A stretch of 64,000 nt of DNA from Candidatus Margulisiibacteriota bacterium (GTDB taxonomy: Bacteria > Margulisbacteria > Riflemargulisbacteria > GWF2-39-127). The translations under genes and the position numbers were made by a program. Shown here in pieces: positions 12,001-16,900 of this stretch (the stretch's first letter is position 1; each line of letters opens with the position of its first letter). The stretch is from the NCBI GenBank assembly GCA_003242895.1, contig QKMY01000058.1, positions 12,739 through 76,738 of the forward strand, given 5' to 3'. Under the pieces are notes generated by a model. That model did no database searches. It was given only the letters and a program-made list of their open reading frames with translations, and had not been told where the DNA came from.

Positions 12001-13696
12001 TTGAAGGATTGGTCACATCTACCCAGAATGGCCCGCGATGAGCAGTATTGTAAGAAAGGTTGCTGGCGGAATCTTCAGGACGGATATGCAGGTAATAATC
12101 CTGTGCAGTAACGAGTGGAGAAGGAAGAAAAGTATAGCTAGTCACATTACCTACTCCGGAATCAGTGCTGTTTAACACTGTTGCTGAGGCCCTATCAAAT
12201 CTATATCGATAGGTGCTGATATTACTTCCGCCCATATCATTCGACATATTCCAGTATGCATTAACACTTTTCATCCAGGTGCTTGTATTCGGAGCTGTTA
12301 TCATGATATCCGGAGGGTTAGAAATATCTATATTTAATATAAAAGTCCTCGTTTGACTCCAGACGCCCGAAATACTTTTAACTTTTGCTTTAAAAGTATA
12401 AGTCCCTTGCGTTGAATAGGTACTTGGTAATGTGTATGAACTAGCAGCCTGGTCAATGATTGTGTCTGGTTCTGATCCATCCGTTGTATAGCTGATCCCT
12501 GCCATTCCGGAAATATTGCTCGGCGCTGTTATCGTAATCTGATGTCCAGTCAGGTTAGTCCAGACATTACTTACAGTACCCCTGCTGCTCACTATTGCCG
12601 GAGCGGCAGTGGAAGCATCTATCCAGACTTGGCTAAGGCTTGCCTCTGAACTCTCATTGCCTGCATTATCAACAGTCTTTACATATAACGTATATTTTCC
12701 ATCGATCGGACTGGCTTGAGAGGCACTTGTACCTGTAGTCGTACCTGAATAGGTCGTGTTAGTGCCAACCAACCTCCAACGATATTCTTTTAGTCCGCTC
12801 CCGCCAGAATCTGTAGCTGCAGTCCAGGAAAATGAAATCGGAGTTGCATTATTTGTATACCAGGTATTAAGTGTATGGGAAGTGCAGGAGAAACTTCCTG
12901 GTATCGAAGGGGCTATTGAGTCTATATAAAAAGGTCCCACATTAGTTGGAAGCGTTCCGGTATAGGTATGTCCCGCATCATCATTAACTACATTAAAATT
13001 AAGATATTGAGCGGTTGTGCTGGAAGTGTTGTAATCAAAAACATATGTTGGGCTATTTGAGGTATAATTTCCCCAATTCGTATATATATTTAATGGAGCG
13101 GCTCCACTGTCGTTTGTTTGCACTGTTACACGGACACTTTGATACCATGTTGGACCGCTGCCGGTTTTTACGGTTGATTGTGAAACAGAAGAAATAGGGT
13201 TCCAGTCAGCTTTGATTGTTATGGAATCAGAATATTGACTGCCATTAATGTAACAGGTTCCAGTATGAGTATTTGAACCCCCATTTGAGATTGCCCCATT
13301 CGGATTGTTAACATACAGAGAGTATGGGCTTGCATGACCACATCCTCCTGATGAGTAACTGATAGTGTAGCTTGAATATCCTGAGTTGGTAATATATCCG
13401 TTTGTCAAAGGAGCAGAACAGTAGAGACTGGCATAAGCTGAATAATAATCATGATAATCGTAATGTCCCGCAGAACAATATTGACAAGGATACGAGTAAT
13501 ATCCAGTACAATTCCCCATGCCGTCGTAGCCAGTGCAATAGCCGCAGGAGGTCCAAGCATACGAATCACACACCCACCAGTTATGGTATCCAGGCCAGGA
13601 AGCTGAAGATGCCCAGCTACCAGCGGCAGTGATTAGCAACATAATCACCCCGAAAAATAACGCATATAAAAATGTAATATTTTTAATCTTCCTCAA
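1..13696 (-). CDS. Giant secreted Ig-like repeat surface protein (partial, C-terminus lies beyond window start); >=4565 codons in window
   Basis: Manual minus-strand translation in the frame with codon first bases at coordinates = 1 mod 3 runs from TTG 13696 to position 2 without a stop. GAGGA 6 nt upstream; in-frame TGA at 13706-13708; alternative ATG at 13642. N-terminus MRKIKNITFLYALFFGVIMLLITAAGSWASSASW looks like a signal peptide. Recurrent motifs such as LYLWVKDRAGNIS and VTVTDNAGN. Not in the supplied ORF track, presumably because there is no stop inside the window. Confidence 0.85.
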   Translation of the reverse strand, partial: MRKIKNITFLYALFFGVIMLLITAAGSWASSASWPGYHNWWVCDSYAWTSCGYCTGYDGMGNCTGYYSYPCQYCSAGHYDYHDYYSAYASLYCSAPLTNGYITNSGYSSYTISYSSGGCGHASPYSLYVNNPNGAISNGGSNTHTGTCYINGSQYSDSITIKADWNPISSVSQSTVKTGSGPTWYQSVRVTVQTNDSGAAPLNIYTNWGNYTSNSPTYVFDYNTSSTTAQYLNFNVVNDDAGHTYTGTLPTNVGPFYIDSIAPSIPGSFSCTSHTLNTWYTNNATPISFSWTAATDSGGSGLKEYRWRLVGTNTTYSGTTTGTSASQASPIDGKYTLYVKTVDNAGNESSEASLSQVWIDASTAAPAIVSSRGTVSNVWTNLTGHQITITAPSNISGMAGISYTTDGSEPDTIIDQAASSYTLPSTYSTQGTYTFKAKVKSISGVWSQTRTFILNIDISNPPDIMITAPNTSTWMKSVNAYWNMSNDMGGSNISTYRYRFDRASATVLNSTDSGVGNVTSYTFLPSPLVTAQDYYLHIRPEDSASNLSYNTAHRGPFWVDVTNPSNITGLIRTAGVQANGIWTANNMLSMQWNASNDNVTYATQSGVAGYSYAANASAGTLADGTYDTVGTQLNNIVLPNSATAYFHVHAVDNVGNVGVEANLGPFKIDAAIPAGPVLSCVHSGGASMPDGVNGWTNKSGVFTFSINAPFSVSGIDRYSYTTDGTTPGDTNGIIIVDPAGSDPLQTFQITKTEGTYSINVRAKNNAGTWGNVTSFLLKIDTTIPPDISITAPATGTWLPNIGAYWTTSYDQGGSGINTYRYKLDNVSGTLVTSSDNGFGNVTYYTFPASALVSAQNYWLHIRPEDQAINISASTAHRGPFWVDVTPPTDVANVRCTSGHTTGTWSNNPVVRIDWNQASDAHSGLDGYVYSWDTNSNTEPAPGVAAANIYYQASLIDGNNLWFHVRSKDKVANYSTNSTHIGPFLIDTTGPVGSITIADDTDGSSIYQPENGYFDQTTVGFSWSISDSGSGINSVAYQLDSAAPVWGQSANGSLTCSLSEGVHTVYVIARDSVGNSSTFSKNIIVDLTAPVLNMAIAPDSDSNSDGISPIFPYYDDNTVDFSWEMSDASGPYQSGGAYRYRVATSDIPANTEWNAWSGFAYNGNAVNFVAYSNDGSYQNLGYVQARDRAGHVTESQAGFYVDMVAPVILGPDLLLPVNFLPCPPVLIGDVTPDIGYYGKETVVVYTIPTSAMQDVGGFTSSPYFAKNSIGTVSWTPYNTNTMNVYTSANIYKPATFNVAVADKAGNIKASAVGSQWVDTTTPNFYFVEVREDSDSGGDGVDPEPNWYDDSSITLKWDPAWDSVSLNTKTYFFSTNNGLTWSSGISLNTIGDINVGAVQGIVSIQIKVADAAGHVATKDVTVNVDTVSPTGFAVNWPQSGYYDKNNVVVSWTPAADNCQLKDRPFRAKVDNNAWSEWFTGQQFQFTGLAEGMRTLYLEVADRAGNVSISSTTLYIMASAPDGTLELSPKIISRGTWVHVTLNMSIEDISLLPNFQSIPELKMVYRYEDNSSSTPIVLSGSGLNYGLGNYTGEYIYKGDFLFNPGITPNSIEFYLSATNNAGTATKEKLIQSLIFSQGIIGTPTLILSDQDTYSTVWTNDLVVSVTLQGGGAASYWLLTEVNTPPVSPQDSRWSNSNQPLYTFKNNTNGLKTIYSWIMDAMGNISAGTSAAINYDATLPYVVSIDITNMPNISAGTKTVTINLSEELTYLPYAVIPEMWVTFNGGVKTNLNLTKVSPSLYTATLTIDGATPEGAAVFGVRIIDNANNVGSQILSGGSIVIDKSNPVVTSFKVMDRLTGSTLYTNSNRVDLEIKSSDSGSGIGWWLVTENNTFTPQANDSNWSGIVPEVYTLSGDQGAKKLYIWVKDLAQNISARATANNNLAGGPIDVATSIVYDSMYTPPTVDIQLLSIGDIHNVYSSTPVTVTLRMDNETQISTASLWIKLYGQDKVEVPLSSIINSGGNSYSCSGIVPFTVIGTANFEVSVTDVVGNATTRVNKIYYNTGISSINGGEIRINRNVAVPTVTMFDRGTSSSQYTNNQMIGVNIGNDPDAVRWLLSESSTGVAPEANDQNWRIDRPITYTFKNRVNELKSLFVWVKNRNEIISPVSTVATINYDDVIPFAVSVDIDNSPYVNGGVKTITVNLSEALQETPLLSLTVNGISVVLGPAAKVSGTKYTWVFNSSGMNGLGTFGIKITDNASNVGTGILAGGQISIDSTSPNISTFRLFDKLTGSELYTNARVVDLTLSGSSDINSWIITENSAFVPDTADSNWGAKPTSYQLTNVQGTHNVYIWGKDYALNINSNTTTIVYDNLIPEIGIDINHNPLNPITATKNLNVTINVLNIPSGISVTPNLYFNPYQKAAVPVTILGRTGTQFYGSITINSQTANGPAYFSAQVTDNARNYGTSVQWLKYSSIYFSNQLTVNIALITPTFILYDLDSKSSQFTNDFVVGVSYNYDQRSSAWLISETQSTNPSLTDPLWQSTPPVYFVLKNTNNGTRTSYLWTKDAAGNINTVPAIAIINYDNVFPQATSINFERGRYIKAGTSRVTVNISESVSATPDFYLTFMGSKRTITFDYFDGLTLAGFFTVDPNENGTAVINLTITDNALNITNVIPAGLISTINFDTVLPPDPTLGVNTSGLNRPDNSSGYTNTPTINVTISKDPDYFRYVIRELTAVPSENAEDWMPEPVQYRFVYETQGTRNLYLWVKDRAGNISNQYAFNSIVYDIDIPTGSLKLKCQANRSNQITNSLSNIVELAANDTDYYIITENAQFGKPDPLAAVWSAVKPANYDFDPDNIEEGPRYLYCWLMDKSGNINNVVVTTSIYYDPSVPNIGLLLTKSGWISTGDVSVTLDIGENIIVTPDLTYEVGGTTYSVELTPVDITRNAFIATLNVTEAFPNGFLTFHMTITDNAGTVTSDTFSYGTTTLNVDTVIPIIATAAIYDMDKPNSYNLTNDNPFNITMAITESTIKGYYISSNLIADPASIPPGTWLSERPQTYFHSESQGQYGYYIWVKDHAGNISLPRYVSTNFDAIAPTVSVEMARPPGVATFYGIGVVAVTINFNEPIASDSLSINIVCVADNRVNTLTYTVVNSQLVTGSFSVDGSFGDGRQFFRIIAEDLVGNRRVSDKPQGNYLENLDWPNTFVVATGIGFVSLKILDRDNLNNFSSSKYTNERYINMLFDQVALVTHYMITSNIGIKPVLVDITSPNNSESNEFSLNNYYISPSLAPDNQETVVTYNLWVKGASDIHNESTINASILVDLLTPEVTVSLNEGIKKIHAGEYILTVSVTEYIPSNNIKNSKFTYFNAATKILSFTPVGSPDSNNFYNTFRTTINIDSDTPSGQMTLSFNTYDKAGNRVDISTTYDISVVPNPSFNITDTNNGSPVFTNELTVSLNIISDDFADFYIITENATYYTRPERSFTAWRPKAEYTDSYTLSSGDGPKTLAFWVKDSSDPFEANINTKLITRTITLDTMEPTVNIRIGKTLGIGYSTVTFNYNEPILVAPSYFITMTPASGSPNALTRSIDILYSVSSNHTWIGQVEIRPFDVNDTATISGQTIDRAGNLSTSLFGTVTFSIDTLIPDPTFNIIDTDTDSNLYVNDLVVGLQIGNDKDAVKYMVSYTQSTQPTLNSPGWNADKPSNFTLKNVVNENKKLYLWVQDAYKNINKNVVSANIFYDDTPPQTEVKFGYRPYIKEGDYKITLNITQEILALNNTPDFKVQYAGQEALAIDIVPMDSSRYLWVGTINVNAEAPEGVATFSLSVTDNASNVQNKIISGMQTFVIDKTRPSAPGFTAYDPITLIQSYTNQRTIGVSVNIDSSVYMWYLSDQTNVTPDFDAVGWLTQQPTTFTFSDMVISTKNIKLWIQDRAGNISSTGSRSIYLDYDEPTATILISTYPNVKAGILNITLNVSEATLVGVSLNYTLYGYGEVARNVTLNQVSALTYTGTINVTEDFANGAALFNVQLVDYSGNRSNKLSGDIVFQVDTLLPEFSVHSIPDCYLNNTTLNITLNVSEAVSATPSVIFHSDIDAPVIMSCIGLNVWTGSLYISDSLGFDSSASLDVTVTDNAGNRSLAFVKPYTIDKIPADFTVESIKNSPNLAIGSYTLTLNVSEHTINPPQAYFSMSDSSTHSILMSRSINNYWAGDIIISDGYPEGICTINIRVTDYAGNVTSIFGGIVTFNVLITLADPTMNITDRTSGDKIYTNEYSIAVDVGNDNTAVKWMVNETQSVKPEWNAAGWQSSKPNLYTLNAGPEGHRKVYLWIQDSARNINKTIVSQNIILDTIKPVSQINMTKRDFVSIGAVSLTLSIQEDTPATPELKLVYADGSTLNFLLNGVSPNIYTATFNVFQNDPQGVASFYLCVTDNASNVQNTLVGDKQFVLDTVASTPSFVIFDYDTGDTNYTHDLLPRVIINSDADVVSWILSEVQPTRPSPTSNYWRNEKPYEYTFRNTDFGIKTVYLWVKDSAGNINDMAVTRSISYFRSTSVNIEVTAIKIFNQTGSTYSYIRP
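100..7960 (-). repeat. Tandem coding repeat array inside the giant gene: ~13 diverged copies of a ~200-220 aa two-domain module (period ~600-680 nt)
   Basis: Motif [LF]W[VI][KQ]D-x-AGNI recurs at approx. 135, 740, 1925, 2555, 3180, 3805, 4485, 5095, 5405, 6020, 6640, 7240, 7930, interleaved with a second motif (V-T/D-D-N-A-x-N). Copies are conserved at protein level but diverged at DNA level. Confidence 0.7.
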
Positions 13697-13727
13697 TAGA
13701 TATCCTCAATTATTCTATACGTAATAC

Positions 13728-15068
13728 CTATTTTGCACATCTGAACCCTGTACAGCCACAAGGACTCGAAGGAGCTATTCCGGCCATAATGGAAAAAACC
13801 CCTGATTGTTCATTCATTTTGTGTTCTCCGCCTCTCAGCAAAGCGGCAGGGAAGCATTGTCCTTCCGCTTGATTAGAAGCTGATTTAACTTCACTAACAC
13901 TATCGTTACCATAGGAAACTCCCGTATTAGGAAAAAATCCGGGATCATACTGACCTTTACCGATTCTTATCATTTTCAGGGTTTCTACTATCAATTTCTC
14001 TATATCCTTAAATTTTGGATCAATTTCTAATGTAAATGCTTTCATATCAGGCTGAAATCTACTCGATATCTTTCTGTTTTCATCGAGGTAATAATTCTTC
14101 TTTAATTCTTCCCAGATTTCTTCAGATTTAAACGAGGTTTTTTTTTCAATCTCATCAAAGGCATTTTTTTGTACTGGCCCCTGATAAAACATGCCATTAC
14201 CCTGCATCCAGTCGCTTACCCATTCATTTACATTCCCCGCCATGCCAACACAGCCAAAGGTAGAAATTTCCTGAGCGGCTATAGTGTCCCAGGAGGCCGG
14301 AAGTTCCCCTCCCCGCCCTTTGCTTAACGCCGTGCCTGCTGCGCCGTCCTGCCATTCGCCGTTTGTCACCAGCCGCTTCCCTGCGTTAACTGCTGCCCTG
14401 CGAGCGACAAACCAGGTCATTCCGGTCGAACACTCAGCCCTTTGAGAAAAAGCCATCCAATATGGTGGCACATTCTGGCCATTACCCGCCAAAATCCCAA
14501 AATCATTATGATTATGATCATGTTGGCTGTCTTTTTTATTTTCGTTCCGCTGAATAAAATATGTCCCTTTTACGTCAGCACCTTTATAATCTGCACCCAC
14601 ATCAATTATCCGGCAGGAATACTTATCTATCCAAACGGTACCTACCTTCACCTGTATATCATCTTGCCCGCATCGGTATGCCGGCATATCCGGATTGTAT
14701 TTGTTATTAATATGAGTTCCTGGCGGCAACTGATCCAGTTTGCCATGAAAAAAACCGACATTATTTCCTGTTACTATCCAGGAAACAGGATCTCCAGGAT
14801 CAATTGTGCCCCGGCTGGCATCTATGACTTTATTATATTTCCAGGCCCTTTCTTCATCATCCCACCCTACCCATAGAGCATTAAACATTAGATAACTCTG
14901 TCCATTATTGCTAAAATCCGGCCATTGATATACCGGAACAGAGTTAGCATAATAGTTGGGTAACCGGTTATCAACCTGCTGAACCGCGGCTTCGCCGACA
15001 ACTGAAAATACCATTAAAAAAAAGCATAGTGAAAGTATAATTCTGATCTTGTGATAAAATTGCATCAT
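13728..15068 (-). CDS. FGE-sulfatase/SUMF1-family domain protein (formylglycine-generating-enzyme-like; GldK/GldJ-like possibility), secreted
   Basis: 446 aa with N-terminal signal peptide. Motifs AGKRLVTNGEWQDGAAGT and MAGNVNEWVSDW resemble the FGE signatures RLPTEAEW..ARGG and GNVWEW. ~140-aa C-terminal extension ending PCGCTGFRCAK. 31 bp upstream of the giant gene, same strand. Confidence 0.65.
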   Translation of the reverse strand: MMQFYHKIRIILSLCFFLMVFSVVGEAAVQQVDNRLPNYYANSVPVYQWPDFSNNGQSYLMFNALWVGWDDEERAWKYNKVIDASRGTIDPGDPVSWIVTGNNVGFFHGKLDQLPPGTHINNKYNPDMPAYRCGQDDIQVKVGTVWIDKYSCRIIDVGADYKGADVKGTYFIQRNENKKDSQHDHNHNDFGILAGNGQNVPPYWMAFSQRAECSTGMTWFVARRAAVNAGKRLVTNGEWQDGAAGTALSKGRGGELPASWDTIAAQEISTFGCVGMAGNVNEWVSDWMQGNGMFYQGPVQKNAFDEIEKKTSFKSEEIWEELKKNYYLDENRKISSRFQPDMKAFTLEIDPKFKDIEKLIVETLKMIRIGKGQYDPGFFPNTGVSYGNDSVSEVKSASNQAEGQCFPAALLRGGEHKMNEQSGVFSIMAGIAPSSPCGCTGFRCAK

Positions 15069-15076
15069 CGTCTCCC

Positions 15077-15790
15077 TTATAATAAAAATAAAATACCTAG
15101 CGCTAAAAACGTAAAAGCCATAACCAACTTAAACCAACCTATTTTTTCTGTCAAAAATCCGGAAAGCTTCCGGGAAGAAAGCCCGCTGTAAGTTAATAAT
15201 CCGATTATGATTAAAGGAAAAACAAAAAATACGTTATAAACGAACAATAGCAATGTGCCCTTTATCGCAGAACCGGTTTTTATCATATACAGAATCGAAG
15301 GGAAATATATCTGTCCGGTACAGTTCAGCTCAAATATAGATACCAGGAAACCTAATACCAGTGAGGCAATCACGATATTTCCTGTCATGGTTTTCTCTCT
15401 GATTGCGTTTTTAATTCTTTTTTGTAAAAAGTCCGGTAACCGTAAGATGAACTTATTTTTTTTTGTAAATGCCAGATAAGCATCATAAAAAGAAAGGGCC
15501 GAACCAATGAATGCAAGACCTGCTATAACGCATTGAAAAAGCCTGGCAACAATAAAGTATGAACCGGTTTTATAAAGAAATTGAAATAAGCCAAACCCTA
15601 TCAAAAAATAGGTAACAAACACTGCTATCGTAAATAATGCAAAAGAAAGCATCATTTCCTGTTTTCTCTGTCGTACTGACAGGTACGAGAGCAAAAAAAT
15701 TACCGTACCAAATGCACACGGATTTATTCCGTCGATTAAACCTGCCATGCATATAGTAATAAAACTGAGATTAACCAAACTATTTAGCAT
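15077..15790 (-). CDS. CcdA/DsbD_2-family thiol:disulfide transmembrane electron-transfer protein
   Basis: 237 aa, polytopic and hydrophobic. N-terminal motif GLIDGINPCAF and a second membrane-embedded Cys (FELNCTGQIY), as in the cytochrome c biogenesis transmembrane (DsbD_2) family. Confidence 0.55.
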   Translation of the reverse strand: MLNSLVNLSFITICMAGLIDGINPCAFGTVIFLLSYLSVRQRKQEMMLSFALFTIAVFVTYFLIGFGLFQFLYKTGSYFIVARLFQCVIAGLAFIGSALSFYDAYLAFTKKNKFILRLPDFLQKRIKNAIREKTMTGNIVIASLVLGFLVSIFELNCTGQIYFPSILYMIKTGSAIKGTLLLFVYNVFFVFPLIIIGLLTYSGLSSRKLSGFLTEKIGWFKLVMAFTFLALGILFLL

Positions 15791-16880
15791 CCTCTCTCAT
15801 AATATGATCAAGCTGTCTCTCTATCTCAGTTTTACCTGCCAGTAACAGTCCATTAAAATATAGTGCCGGCAGATCAAGTTTATTTCCCATTATCTTCATA
15901 TAAGTCTTATAATTATCAGGCTCTTCCAGAGGATAAAAAACAACCTCATAATGTTTATTATGAGCAGCTAATACCTGCGGGATCTTCTTTGTTCTTAGTT
16001 TGTGACAATAGGCACAATTACTGTTAGAAAATACATAAATAATATCCCTGGATAACCTTGTATCTTTTTGCTTTTCCTGACCTCTTAACTCTTTATAATA
16101 TTCGAGCATCAGACCCTTAAGCTTTTTTGAGGCCATAAAACTGTCGGCAGGTATCATTTTCTGGGAGATGAGATTAACGGTCCCCTTCTCTATGCTAAAA
16201 ACCATCTTTCCAAGGAATTGAGCATCTTTTCCTGCTGATACAAAATGTGTCTGCCCTACTGTAAAAGAATTCTGATACTCACTTTCACTGGAGACAATAA
16301 TATCAATCCAAGGGAATTTCTTCGCGATTTCAATATTCTCTTTTTTAGAAAGCTGGGATAATAAAACTGTCAGGTCAGCTGATTTTTTTTGTACACTAAA
16401 GTGCCCTGACAAATACGTCTCGAATGCAGATTGCTTATCAGCAGCAACCCCGAGAATGATTATAGTGACTCCGGATTTCTTAACCGAAATGTATTTCTGG
16501 GTTTGTGCACCTGATTGAACAGAGGATACAAGAGGAAGTTCACGTACCTGGTTATCTGCCGGCACATCCAGGTTAATTGCATCATATTTAAATAAGTTCA
16601 TAGCGGCTGCAACATACTTGTTTTTTGCACTATTATCAGGTAAAAAAGTTCCTCCGTTATCAACTATTACTAAATTAGGATTGCGTTCCCTTTCTTTTTC
16701 AACAAGAGGCAATAGCAACTCTAGTCCGCCATTCGCTTCTGTTGAACAATTACACGATTCTAATTTCCCGTTGATATTAGAGGTAAACAGCAGGGTAATA
16801 GTTTCTGCATTCAAAAAATTACAACTGCACATCGATAATACAGTAATAAGAAAAAAATAATTAATAATAATTCTACCCAT
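15780..16880 (-). CDS. Exported thioredoxin/glutaredoxin-like CxxC protein with N-terminal degenerate metallophosphoesterase-like domain
   Basis: 366 aa with signal peptide. C-terminal thioredoxin-fold-like segment with CAYC (YVFSNSNCAYCHKLRTKKIP...). N-terminal part weakly resembles a calcineurin-like phosphoesterase (ITLLFTSNINGKL, LVIVDNGGTF) but lacks the usual His/Asp ligands. Overlaps the CcdA-like gene by 11 bp. Confidence 0.5.
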   Translation of the reverse strand: MGRIIINYFFLITVLSMCSCNFLNAETITLLFTSNINGKLESCNCSTEANGGLELLLPLVEKERERNPNLVIVDNGGTFLPDNSAKNKYVAAAMNLFKYDAINLDVPADNQVRELPLVSSVQSGAQTQKYISVKKSGVTIIILGVAADKQSAFETYLSGHFSVQKKSADLTVLLSQLSKKENIEIAKKFPWIDIIVSSESEYQNSFTVGQTHFVSAGKDAQFLGKMVFSIEKGTVNLISQKMIPADSFMASKKLKGLMLEYYKELRGQEKQKDTRLSRDIIYVFSNSNCAYCHKLRTKKIPQVLAAHNKHYEVVFYPLEEPDNYKTYMKIMGNKLDLPALYFNGLLLAGKTEIERQLDHIMREDAK

Positions 16881-16900
16881 CCGTACACCATGACCTCGAA

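Noticed and set aside
314-13632. Sixteen short ORFs listed by the track inside the giant-gene span: plus strand 314..532, 842..1117, 1296..1529, 1991..2245, 6560..6793, 6867..7187, 8127..8309, 10127..10324, 10270..10605, 10890..11072, 10934..11146, 13015..13197, 13402..13632; minus strand 1201..1416, 4351..4551, 10078..10320
   Set aside because: All lie antisense to or out of frame with the continuous 4,565-codon minus-strand frame and have low-complexity, non-protein-like translations; they are shadow ORFs of the giant gene.
14442-14876. Plus-strand 144-aa ORF inside the FGE-like gene
   Set aside because: Antisense to a gene with clear family motifs; the translation is hydrophobic junk with no recognisable domain.
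13728-15068. Interpreting the FGE-like gene as a classical sulfatase-maturating enzyme
   Set aside because: No sulfatase (CxPxR-motif) gene is nearby, and the giant protein's Cys-rich segment lacks CxPxR; the gene is therefore treated as an FGE-fold protein of unknown substrate (possibly GldK/GldJ-like) rather than a sulfatase maturase.
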